This document shows, piece after piece, positions 12,901-25,400 of a stretch of 64,000 nt of DNA. Under the pieces are notes generated by a model that was not told the origin of the DNA, ran no database searches, and worked only from the letters and a program-made list of their open reading frames with translations. How positions within the stretch are numbered: the stretch's first letter is position 1; each line of letters begins with the position of its first letter. This DNA is from Macrostomum lignano (taxonomy: Eukaryota), in contig NIVC01000070.1 of NCBI GenBank assembly GCA_002269645.1, positions 620,001 to 684,000 of the forward strand, written 5' to 3'. The translations under genes and the position numbers were made by a program.

Positions 12901-15900
12901 GTCGGCAAAGTCGCTAGAGACACCGATGGAAGTGTCTCAAAACCTCCATATCCATAACTTTTCGTTGTCATATTGACTCATATCTGTAGGTATGGCGGAA
13001 AACCAACCTGCCATCCATCCGCAATCTTCTGCTGGAAGATGCCATAGTCGTAGCGAATGCCGTAGCCATAGGCGGCCAGGCCCAGCGTGGCCATGGAGTC
13101 CAGAAAGCAGGCGGCCAACCGGCCCAGGCCTCCATTCCCCAAGCCGGCATCGTCTTCGATCTCTTCAATATCCTCCAAGTCCAGGCCGAGTTGGTAGAGC
13201 GCCTCCTCTACAGCTTGGGTGAGGCCCAGGTTAGCCATTGTGTTGGTCAGGGTTCGGCCCATGTAGAACTCTAGCGATAGATAGTACACTCTCTGCCAAT
13301 TCGGAGAGCAAAAAATAATTTTCACTAAGCATTCGGCTACTCTCAGTAGTCACCTCCGCAATAAATTCAATTTTAGATTAACTTCTTAGAGGTAAACATG
13401 ATTTGTTTAAATACTACTGAAGGTTTGTTTATTTTTGATAAAATGTCTTTTCTTTAGAGATTATTTTCTTTAAATTTATAGAATAATAGAAAAAAAACTA
13501 AACAGGGATACGTAGGTCATGGTCAATAGGCATTTAAAGCATTAATTGCTGATTTTTGTGAAGATCAGTTAAGCCACAGTCTATCAACATCTGGTTTCTG
13601 AGTAGTCAATGAACAATGAAGAAATTGAATATTCTCCAGAAATTCAACACTTATTTTACCAAACTAAAGCTACACCTGTCAATCGGAATTTGAACTTCTT
13701 TTTGGACAATAAGGGCCTCCTTCGCTGCAGGGGTCGCCTGTCCACCACATTTTAATTCGAGACTAACAATCTAATTCTATTGCCGCATCCTGACTCAATT
13801 CAAACAGCTGGCTCACGAAGCTAGCAATGAAGCTAGTTGCCATTGTGGCATTGGAGACACTCTTCATTAGATCAGAGAAAGGTACTGGGTATTGAAGGGC
13901 TGTCAACGCGTAAAGCAGGAACTGAAGCTCTGCGTAGTCTGCAAGAAAGTTTTCTGTGGCTCCACCTCAACCTGGCTTTTGGTTGTCGGACATCTGTGCT
14001 TTCTAGACAGCTGTTGGCCTCAATCTAGCAGGACTGTATTATAATACTCATACTGCTCAAGAAGGATCGAAGGCATACATCCTATTGTCCACCTGCTTCT
14101 CAACTCAAGCCATACATTTAGAAGAGACTCTCTGACATGACAAAATTGCAGTTTATCAATGCTCTCCACTGCTTTGTTGCCAGGAAAGGTTTCCCTTCAA
14201 TAATTAGTGACAATGCTTTAACCTTCACTGGCACAGTAAGGCGGGACTCGAAATCTATGCCAACAATAAGATACAAAACTTCTTTAATTCCAGAGGCATA
14301 TCATGGTCCTTCATCCCTGCCAAAGCTCCTCGGTAAGGATGGCTTTTGGAAGCGCTTAGTTAAATTTTTGAGGCCTGTGTTTCGAAAGACACTGAATCAC
14401 TCACTGTTCGTGCTAGACCAGCTGTCTACTGTGGTAATCGAAGTCGAAGTGATCATCAACAGCTGTCCTTATCATTACTCTATCACATTTTCTCACTATT
14501 CGGAGACTCATGAAAGAGCCTGATTTACAAAATGAAGTTGTGCTGCTGTTGCCTAAGCATTTAACCTTGCATTGGTGCTCTGAGTCACTTCGGGAAAGTC
14601 TATAGAGATGCCTATGAAATGGCATTAAGAGAGCAATCTACTATCATTTGCAAGGGTTCTCACAAGCCGAAGGCCAGCAGTGGTGCTGGTCGAAGGTGCA
14701 GATGTCACTAGTCTCGGCTAGCTAGGTGTTATTAAGTCGCTGCTTTGTGATCACAATGCTCTGCATTGGTTTTCCTGGCCTAGACTGCCAATTTCAAGGA
14801 GGTGGAGCACACTAGATGCGCAGTTCAGGCCTTGCTTCCCTTGGAGTTCTCTGAGCAATCCTACCTGGGCTGTTATTTCTTTGTCTTTTCCAGTTCCAAA
14901 TTGCTATTTTGTTAATGCTATTTGCATTTAACATTTCATATATAAAATTTATCTCAAAATTATTTTGTTTGGAATCATTATCATTTAGTTTGATCATTTT
15001 TGTTAATTTGGTGACGGTCTACTAATAACCTGTTTTTCTGCTTTTTCTTTTGTTAAATTGTTCTATTTAACTAATACATTAGTTAGAAGTAATACCTATG
15101 ATTATATCTGAAAAAAAATAATTAAATGATAATGTGTTGTCATTTTCACATGTCTAGGGGTGGGATAATATCACATTTTTGAGGCATCAAATTTTTTTTA
15201 TGTTTATAAAAACTAAATTAAATAATAAATAAAATCACACAAAAATGAGTCTCATTATAACTTTTAAATCACTTGCAACACCTGCCAATCTCCCTATTAT
15301 GGCCAAGGTCTAAATTGCACTAAATGTCCCTCTTTCTAACACTAGATTATACTAGCATACTAGATTGTGCCCACACTGCTAGGAGCCGATCTGTTCCAAA
15401 TGCTGCCTAAAATATAGCCACTGGCTATAATAGGCATAAGGCAATATTTCATTATAAAAATAAGCTTTATAGTCATATATTCAACCCTATGGACCTATAT
15501 TTAGTTCATAGACACTTTGTCATCTGCTATTTTGTTATCTATTAGAGATTTAGAGATGCAACATTGTAACATAATAATGTAACAACTATTATAGCTGGCA
15601 AACATTGTGACATAAACACAAATTGAACATGATTTTATATAACAATATCACCCAACTTGCAGATCTATCATACTCAACTATAAAAAGACTTATTGAATCA
15701 GAGATTTTATCACCTCTATAGGAATTTGCTCACAACCCCATAACTATCATAGTATAAAAGCTTCACTTTGAACATATAATGCTTCAATATGAGTAACAAA
15801 AAACCAAATTTAAATTTATGCATTTTTGTTTGGAACCTATAAATTTATCAATCACTTTATAAAGTAACTTTGCCATGGCCTGGTTTAGCTAATAGCTCTC

Positions 15901-18854
15901 TAAACTAGCAATCTAGTGACTCCCTTTGGGCGTGCGCAATAAGCAAGAAGCAAGGAATATTAATAGAAAACAATTAAAAAAGAATATTTTCTTTTTTAGA
16001 ACCAATTCTTTCTTCAGTTTTATAAATCACCTTATTCAAGTAAAATTGTCACAGACAAAGGTGTTTGCTATGAATCTTTTTTCAAAAATTAATAATAACA
16101 AAATATAGTTTTCACAAAGATAATAGACATTCTCCCTAAATAGAAAACATCTCCAAGATAGCAAGCACCCCCCAGATAGCAAGCACCCCCTTCCAAGAGT
16201 AAGCAACCACAGATAGCAAGCATCTCCCCAGATAGCAAGTATCCATCAAGATAGCAAATATCTCCCAGATCAAATAGTAAGCATCCCTTAGACAGCAAGT
16301 ATCTACCTAGATAGCAAGCATCCTGCAGACAGCAAGAATCCCAAAATACACTAGTAATCATCCTTGGATAGAAACAATCCCATATATGTAAATACATGTA
16401 ACTAGTACCCCTTTTTCCCAAATAGCAAATAACCTCTCCCCCTTAAGAGCAAGCATTCCCCTAATAATAAGCACCCCCAAAATACAATAATAAATATCTA
16501 CCCCCCAGATACAATAGCAAGCATCTCCCAGATAGCAAGAATCCACTAGACAGAAAGTGGCTAATGCAAATATTTTTCCACTAATGCAATAATTGCTTTT
16601 TTAGGTTATGCAATTATCTGTCTCAGCTAATGCATTAATCTTTTTTTGATTCCAGTGCAATAATCCACTTTTGAGCTAATGCAATAATCATATTCTAATC
16701 TAATGCAATAATCCTTTACTCATCAAGTGCAAAATTGATGTCTTAGCTGGTGAATTTATCCATTTTTAAGCTAATACAAAAATCCTTGGTTTATCAAGCA
16801 CAGTAATCCTTGGCCTATTAAGTGCAATAATCCTTGGTTCAATAAGTGCAATAATCTTTTGTTTATCAAGTGCAGTAATCCTTGGCTTATCAAGTGCAAT
16901 AATCATTGGTTAATCAAGCACAGTAATCCTTGGTTTATCCAGTACAATGATCCTTGATTTATCAAGTGCAGTAATCTTTTATTTATCAAGCGCAATGATC
17001 CTTGGTTTATCAAGCATAGTAATCATTGGTTTATCAAGTGCAATATATTTGGTTTATCAAGCATAGTAAGCCTTAGCTTATCAAGTGCAATAATCCCTGG
17101 TTTATCAAGTGCAATAACCTTGGCTTATCAAGTGCAGTAATCCTTTGTTTATCAAGTGCAGTATAATCCTTGTTTTATCAAGTGCAGTAATCTAGATCTT
17201 TTAAATTTGTCCTTTATTAAAAGTTTTCAATAAAAAATTATACTACAAAAGTTGTAAGTGAATTTGTAGCACTTATAATTCAATACTCACATTAAGTCAG
17301 TTAGAATAAGTTACATAAATCAGTTATGACAATCAATTTCTTAGGCAAGTCAATATTAGTCTACTAAAGTTAACCATATGGTTACGCAATATATATAAAT
17401 CAAGTATTGTGCTATGCTTCCACACCATGTTTTCAACACTGTGACAATTCAATTCAGTATCCAATTCAGCCTAATATGATGCCATCTATTTTGGAATCAT
17501 AATTCAGTCAGTTTTTATCTAGCATTCTTACAATGCATAAGTTGAAAGAGCTGCTTAACCTTTGCAAAAAAGCATGTTTTTCAAATATTAAATCCCTTTA
17601 GCATTTAGCAATTTATTAGCCATAATATGTGCCATAATAGAAAAAATTGTAATTGAATAGTGCAAGTTCAAACAGAATTGGTTGAACCATTTTTTCTTAT
17701 ATTGATCATATAGATACCTATCTCCTAACCACTCTGGATCGTAGTATAGGCCCAAAAATTCAGGCATGCATTGGCCTACATACTAAAAGTAGGCATACAC
17801 AGTTGGTATACATCACTTTAAAGAAAATAGTGTATGTGCACATACCTAGTGCGCACTTTACAAAATCACATGGAAGAGTTATTGTGAAGAAAAAAAGTTC
17901 ATTTTTATTTTAGACATTATTAGACATTTTAGACATTCAATTTCTTAATTTCTTTTAGACATTTTAGACATTATTTTAGACATTTTTATTTAGGTTTTTT
18001 AAGCTTGTTATAAACCATTCAAACAAATCTTTGCATGTATCAATTTTCAATAATAAATATTATTGCCAAAAAAGCAGAAAAATAAACCCAATTATCTATA
18101 TAAAAAATTTTAAATTAAAATAAAAAGTCTTTTATTGTTACAACCTAAAAAAGGTCATTTATTGTTGCAACACTAGTATAGTTTTGAGAATGGGCATGCA
18201 CTCCATTTTTTGGCATGCATTTATGATTATTCGATTTTTGTTTAGGTAGGCCTATGCACCTAGCATGATCTGGACTATGGCCTACCAACAAACCATTTTT
18301 AATATATAGAAAATTAACAAGATCATTCAGTGCCTTTATTGTTAAATGCCAAAGTGACTAATACTAGGCCTAGGTAGGCCTAATAGATGACAAATTGGTC
18401 AGATGACAAAGTGGCAAATGACAAAATGTCTAGGACCTGGCTAGGCCTATGCTATGCCTAGGTAAGCCTAATATATAGATGATAGAATAAATTAAATAGA
18501 CTCTAACCATTATTGTTGATTGTAATGCAATCAAAAATATGCCTAGAATGCTCAAAAGTTCTGATATATTGTAAAACAAATAAAGCCTAGGCCTACCTTT
18601 GGATCTTGCTGGTAGTAGAATTGGTGGGTTCTAATCCATCTGCTGCACAAATGGTCCCAAACAGTATGAGCCAATGAAAGATAATAGTCACGAGGAGTGG
18701 CAACATTTCTATCCTTAACTAAAGTGAAATGGAGATGTCTGTTAAATGTCTTTTTAATATTAACAACGTTGGCCACTTCAGCAACACCACGAACACTAAG
18801 ACCCCGTCGTTTCTCAATGTCAGAATCAGAAGCTGATTCTGAATCGTTAAACAT
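6938..18854 (-). CDS. PYG: Glycogen phosphorylase (GT35, PLP-dependent), 8 exons, 856 aa
   Basis: Exons 18854-18597, 13292-13008, 12604-12432, 12191-11709, 11090-10914, 10415-10088, 9431-8751 and 7123-6938 join in frame (2571 nt) with GT-AG ends. Motifs: RRGLSVRG (Ser14-type phosphosite), [45 protein letters not shown] (PLP lysine), FSSDRTI. Isoform type not assignable. Confidence 0.97.
7215..8700. repeat. 27-bp minisatellite ATCCCATAATCTACAAATTATCCCAAT, ~50 copies, phosphorylase intron 7 (7124-8750)
   Basis: Direct inspection; several interspersed variants. Confidence 0.95.
9444..10020. repeat. 33-bp minisatellite GGTGTGAAGTCACTCTGTAATTAATAATGAMMA, ~17 copies, phosphorylase intron 6 (9432-10087)
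   Basis: Direct inspection. Confidence 0.96.
10441..10899. repeat. 28-bp minisatellite CTGAGGATCTGGGAGGCTGGCCCAGCAA, ~16 copies, phosphorylase intron 5 (10416-10913); locus 1 of 3
   Basis: Direct inspection; flanked by GTAAAAAA at 10433-10440 and 10900-10907. Confidence 0.97.
11250..11670. repeat. ~33-bp degenerate minisatellite CAGTTCTGGGTCATCAATGAATTTTGGGTCATG, phosphorylase intron 4 (11091-11708)
   Basis: Direct inspection; built from 15- and 18-bp subunits. Confidence 0.92.
13640..14800 (+). mobile_element. Decayed BEL/Pao-type LTR retrotransposon remnant (integrase region), antisense in phosphorylase intron 1
   Basis: Interrupted fragments [47 protein letters not shown] and [11 protein letters not shown] resemble BEL/Pao integrase motifs (GxLRxxGRL, F..RRG.P..I.SDN, GG.WERLV, EVE.ILNSRP). 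Many stops and frameshifts; no LTRs recognised. Confidence 0.75.
16140..17190. repeat. Two degenerate arrays in phosphorylase intron 1: CCCAGATAGCAAGCA-like (~16140-16545) and ~24-bp TTTATCAAGTGCAATAATCCTTGG (~16770-17190)
   Basis: Direct inspection; more diverged than the other arrays. Confidence 0.85.
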
Positions 18855-19479
18855 GGCTCTTTTCACAAACAAGGAAATATTTAGAGTCGCAGCCAAATAA
18901 TGTACGTTACAGACAAGTGAGCGACCTACCGAGGACCAACCTCTACAAAACTAGGCCTAATTGAAAAAAAATTGCATCAAACCTCGTGACAGGTTGAATT
19001 TAAATATTTCTTAGAACAGTTAATCACTTTAATAAATGTTACATGTTATTTTACCTAAAATTAAGAAAAGCTACAGACACAGGAAAAAAATTTACAAGGA
19101 ACGTATCTTTTTAATGAGAGATTACTGCTTCCATCAGTACAGAACAATAAAACACAAGCAACTGGCTGTTTTAACTTAATTTTTCGTTGTATTTTATTTT
19201 AGTCGCTCGTGCACTCACAACTGTAAAGTCTTGTCAATTGTCATCGTCGACTTGAGGCCTAGTAGAATTTTTTAGTTACCTTTTATAGCTAACTTCTAAA
19301 TATATCTAGAATTACTATAAATATCCTATTCGTTTTTAATGTATTAGACAATTGTCACCATTTGCCATGAAAACTGCTTAATTGCTTTGAACCTTGAAAT
19401 GCTTGAATCTGATTAGCTAAACAAATACTTCCGATCCGAATACCAGTCCATACTTTTTCATAGATAGGCCTAGTCTACG
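18855..19479. promoter_or_regulatory. Probable bidirectional promoter region between head-to-head phosphorylase and CEP120
   Basis: Divergent start codons 625 bp apart (18854 minus, 19480 plus). No individual promoter motif identified. Confidence 0.5.
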
Positions 19480-22400
19480 ATGTTAGTCGTTGTGTCGCTC
19501 CTTTCAGGTCAGTATCTTCTTAAAACAATCATATAATTTTCACTAATTCATTTATTTCATGTGTAATCAAATCTGCTCTAGTCGATATGGCCTACTGCAC
19601 TGGATCAGGATCAGGCATATAATGTAGTAATAGGTCTATATCTTATGGCTTGTTTGTATTAGACTCTTGGTCCTGATGGTTTTAGCTATACTTACAATTT
19701 TATTATAGTGGATTGTTAGGCTATATTCAGGTTTTTCTCCATAGTGTAGTGGGGCAATTCCATATAATTATGGTCGTAACATGACAGGCTATTTTTACTT
19801 ATAAAATGAAATCTAATAATAGAATACACTAAACCAATATTTTAAATGAAAGATTTTTTTGTCAAGAATATTTTTATAGAGTTTCATGTAGATATCATCA
19901 TTAATATAGATGCTATTAAACCTTGAATGGCACTTCTGGTCGTAACGACAGGATTTTTGACAGATAGAAACTAAAAGGTAAAAGTCTTATAACATTTTTC
20001 ATTTTTGATATTTTGCAATAAATTTTTTAAAATTCGACTAAGAACATCTTCAGAAATCATACTCTTTTTGTAGAATATATAAACTCAAAAAGGCAACAAA
20101 GATACAAAAGAAAAGGCAGCCTTATGGTCGTAACATTCTGGTCGTAACATATTTTGTTCTGTCAATTCAGTAACTTAGAGGTACCAATATATTAAAAATA
20201 TAATTGATTATTTGTTCATCAATACTTTTATCTGATGATGCAAGTACTATACTTTTATCTATAGTTTGTTTCAACCTTCCAAAGCTTTCTATTTGTTTTT
20301 AAAAGGTTCACAAACTTAATGATGTCTTTTGCTTAAAAACTGTCCAATTTTTTACAAAAATTACTTTTTGCCACTTGATAGCATACTAATCTAACATTTT
20401 ATCATTCATTTATTCTTAGATTGTAGATGTTACACATAAAAAACATTTGGTAAAAAAATTGGCTAATCAGGCAGTGGCAAGCAAAAATATTGACTTTTTT
20501 CTATTTTCCAAATATGTCCATCTTATATGGAATGAGCCAGTGCATAAAATAGATATAAAAATATAAATTTCTCTTGATTGTATAGTAGAAAAATGAATAT
20601 TTTATAATAATAAAATAATAAATGTAATGTTAGTATTATTAAATAATAATGTATATTATAGTAATAAGATAAAAAACTTGTTTTTAATTAGTGATATTAA
20701 TATATGCTTTTTTGAAAATAGTTAAATTTCTTTTAGTATTGTAAATTTTAATATTATATAATAAGTTTTTATCATATTACTTTTAAACAAAATTTTATAT
20801 ACAAAAATGATCTCATTATATAGAAAGTAGTATTACATATATAGTTACACTACTTCTTATTTTCAAAAAGTCATTATCTTGAATCATGCCAGCAGACAAA
20901 ATGACCACATATTATAAAACATAAGGGGGGCTATACAAAGATGTAAAGGTTTCTAAAGCTTTCAAATTATATAGAAAATAGTTATTAGCTTTACATTGTA
21001 TTTGACATATTATTAGGGCTAAGAGCCTGGATGGAATTCTTGCAGAAAAATCACAACGCGTTATGCGATTGCGAGAAAAAAATGCGATTTTGCGTAAAAA
21101 AAATCCGGAAAAAATGCGTCGCAGAATTTCAGACAAAATTGTTAATTCTTAATATATGCAAAAGTGCGCTTGAGATATTGGATTTTGCAAAAGATAATCC
21201 TACTAGCTAAGATCACGAAGAAAAAAAGAATAAAAAGTAAAAACTAAATAAGGCACAAAAGTAAAAATTTGAAAAAATTCTATAAAAAGTAGAAACTCGT
21301 AACATTCTCTAACATACGTATTTGGACGTAAATTCAAATCACTACATTTTCTTAGAATGCATTTTTCGTTATTGTCTCATTATTTCGTTATTTCGTTATT
21401 TTGCGACGTGCTAAGTACCAAAATAAAAAATGCGACCAATAAAAAATATTTTGCGTGCCATAAAAAAATCGCATAATTCCGTTTGACTTAAGAAATACAA
21501 GAATTCCATCCTGGGCTAAGAGTCAATAGTTCTAACTCAAAAAATGGAAAAAAATATCTCCTCTATCAATAAATACATTTGATTCAAGTACCAAATAACA
21601 TATAGACCTTAAAATAAGTAAGAGTTGCTTTTTTATAATTACTTTATCAGTTGTTTTATCAGTTTAGATTAGCATCCTTTCCTAGCATCATCTCATCTAA
21701 AAGATACTATCTAGAAGGTTTTTATTTGTCCATGTACACAAACCAATAGATAAATTTAGGTTGTAGCTTAAGGATTACATTGCTGATCTTACAATTGAAA
21801 AGTTGGGGATTCAATTTTTGACCCACTTGGAATAGTTTGTGTCCTTGAATAAGGTAGTTATTTCTGCATTGTTTCAGTTCACCCAACTTTAAAATGGGTA
21901 CCTGCATTAGCTGGGGTAATTGAAGGATGTGTGTTGACCCCCAGTCCTTGGACTGAACAGCCATATGTAGCCTTTAGATCTCCCATTTAAAAGCTACTAT
22001 GCATCTATTTATAGCATGTGTAATCAATTATTATTATCATTATTATTATTATTACTAACACTTTTATCAGACTAGAATTTTACTGTACAAATAACCTGTT
22101 CTTGTTTTTTCTCACTCGTGCAGGCAAGCGATTCCCATATAGGGACACGCACAGCTTGCAAGCGGAAGCAAAGTTTGATGGCGAGTTGCTAGCAACAGAC
22201 CCTATTGAGCACATTGAGAATCCCGAATTCGGGCAAGAGCTGGCCTGGGAGCTGGACAAGAAGGCCCTCGCCCAGCACCGGTTGCAGCGGGCCAGCATCA
22301 AGTTGCTGCTGTATGCGATTGATAAACAGACAACGGCTAAGGAACAGGTTGGCTACGTGGTGCTGGATGTTCGGTCAGCTGCTCAGTCACCAGCAGCCGC

Positions 22401-25400
22401 GGTGGCGAAGCCATATCAGCTTTTGCACAGCCGGTGAGTATTGCAGACCAGAGATTGGGGTCATCGAACTGCCAGATCCCCATCAGGTTGGTGGGATCAC
22501 CAACCTAGCGAATTCTATCTAGGTTTCAAAACGTTTCCAGTCATTCGCTGATTACTTATAATTATAATAATGTTAATCCTTACCCTTTAAACAAAAATAA
22601 CACTTTTAGTTACTCCCAGACGCGTCCTGAACTGACCCTAGCTGTGTACACTGACGAGAGTTACCAGCAGCAGCAGCAGCAACAGCAGTCTGATCAGAAG
22701 CAGAAATCAACGAGGCCAATGGCAAATGGCAACGAGTTTGCTGGTAATTTTTTATTTACGTAGTTCCTTTGCTGCGTGTAATGCTTAGATGGAGTGGGTT
22801 CTGGAAGTGAAGTGTTCGATTATGGTGATGTGGATGTGAAGAGTGAGGTGGGTGCAGGGAGTGAGGTGGGCGCAGGGAGTGAGGTGGGCGCAGGGAGTGA
22901 GGTGGGCGCAGGGAGTGAGGTGGGCGCAGGGAGTGAGGTGGGTGCTAGGCAGCAGTTCTCAATAGAAAGCTAGTTATAAAGTGCAAGTTTCCTCATCAAG
23001 TGCAAAGCGCAGTATCTTATCTCCTTCCAGACTCCTACGATTACGATGAAGAGGAGTTCGAAGAGGAGCCTGTCGTGGCCGCAGCTAAGGGGTTTAATCA
23101 CCAACTAAACGGAGAAGCCGAAGATCGACAGCCGGACGCTAAAGATGGCGGAGATGACGGGAAGAGGCCGACTCAACCTGAGCAGCCGCATCCGCCTGCG
23201 GGAGTGTCGGAGGCAGACATGTACCATGCAGCGATGGAGCTGGAGTTGTGGAAGGAGGCAGCCAAAGAGGCATTCGAGGCCGGTCTGAAGCGGCGCGAGC
23301 AGACCCTGGTGATGGCCTTCGCCAGGGAGTTTCGCAGACGCGACGCAGAGCGAGAAGCGGCTCATAAAAAGCGATCAGCGGAGTATGAGCAGCTTACAGA
23401 GAAGTTGCAGGTGCGTTCAAATTTTAGGTTGTTGTCTCAAATCCTTATACCCCAAAAGTTAGTCCTCAAATTAAGGTCATTAGCTTCCCAGATTCTCAAA
23501 TCAGGGTCATTAGCTTCCTAGCTCCTCAAATCAGTGTCATTAGCTTCCCAGCTCCTCAAATCGGGTCATTAGCTTCCCAGCTCCTCAAATCAGTGTCATT
23601 AGCTTCCCAGCTCCTCAAATCAGTGTCATTAGCTTCCCAGCTCCTCAAATCGGGTCATTAGCTTCCCAGCTCCTCAAATCGGGTCATTAGCTTCCCAGCT
23701 CCTCAAATCAGTGTCATTAGCTTCCCAGCTCCTCAAATCGGGTCATTAGCTTCCCAGCTCCTCAAATCGGGTCATTAGCTTCCCAGCTCCTCAAATCAGT
23801 GTCATTAGCTTCCCAGATTCTCAAATCAGGGTCATTAGCTTCCTAGCTCCTCAAATCAGTGTCATTAGCTTCCCAGCTCCTCAAATCGGGTCATTAGCTT
23901 CCCAGCTCCTCAAATCAGTGTCATTAGCTTCCCAGATTCTCAAATCAGGGTCATTAGCTTCCTAGCTCCTCAAATCAGTGTCATTAGCTTCCCAGCTCCT
24001 CAAATCGGGTCATTAGCTTCCCAGCTCCTCAAATCGGGTCATTAGCTTCCCAGCTCCTCAAATCGGGTCATTAGCTTCCCAGCTCCTCAAATCAGTGTCA
24101 TTAGCTTCCCAGATTCTCAAATCAGGGTCATTAGCTTCCTAGCTCCTCAAATCAGTGTCATTAGCTTCCCAGCTCCTCAAATCGGGTCATTAGCTTCCCA
24201 GCTCCTCAAATCAGTGTCATTAGCTTCCCAGATTCTCAAATCAGGGTCATTAGCTTCCTAGCTCCTCAAATCAGTGTCATTAGCTTCCCAGCTCCTCAAA
24301 TCAGTGTCATTAGCTTCCTAGCTCCTCAAATCAGTGTCATTAGCTTCCTAGCTCCTCAAATCAGTGTCATTAGCTTCCTAGCTCCTCAAATCAGTGTCAT
24401 TAGCTTCCTAGCTCCTCAAATCAGTGTCATTAGCTTGCCAAATGGTCAAATTAATCGTAAGAAATTGCAAAAATCATACTAAAGTTGTTGATTACTTTCC
24501 AGCTACATATTTCGTTTTGTATAAAAAAAAACAGGATTTTCGCTCCGTCGACCATATTTTGCTCTGTTTGCCCTATTGCGTCTTAAAACTGTTTTAGCAG
24601 TGCAGTTGAACTCATTGAACTTTATTGAACTTTATTTCAATAAATAATGATAAACAATATATATGTGAAATGAATAAAAAAAATGAATTAATAAATACAT
24701 GAATAGCTTGGCTCTGCTCGTGCAATTGACACCCTTGAGGCCCAACCCCCCAAGGCACAGTAAAGTGTACATGCCATAACGATAAATAAAATTAGGGTCG
24801 CTGTACACTCCCACTCCGTATCCGCGCGCTTGTGTGCCTGCTCAGAGGGGTCGGCGGAATGGGCAGAAATGGCTCTCGCCGGTTGTGTGACAATGTCGCT
24901 TAAAGTGCACCACGGTGCACAGCCCCTGTCTCGAATAAAATAATCAACCCACCTCACTCCCTGCACCCATCTCACTCCCTGCACCCGCCTCACTCCCTGC
25001 AACCCACCCCACTCCCTCCACCCACCCACTTCCTGCACCCACCCCACTCCCTGCACCCGCCTCACTCCCTGCACCCACCCCACTCCCTGAACCCGCCTCA
25101 CTCCCTGCACCCACCCCACTCCCTGCACCCACCCCACTCCCTGCACCCACCCCACTCCCTGCACCCGCCTCACTCCCTGCACCCACCTCACGCTCCACAC
25201 CTTGCAGGCCGCAATCGCAGACGTGGAAGAGAAGGAGCGCCGTCTCGCCAACGGTCAGCGCGACCTGCTCCAACGCCGAGACGACCTACAGCGCCGGCAC
25301 GACTCCCGACTCAAGGAGCTGCAGGACGCGTCCAACCGGATGCAGGCCGACTGTCAGCAGCGCATCGAGCTGGAGCGGGCCCGCTGCCGCCAGCTGGAAG

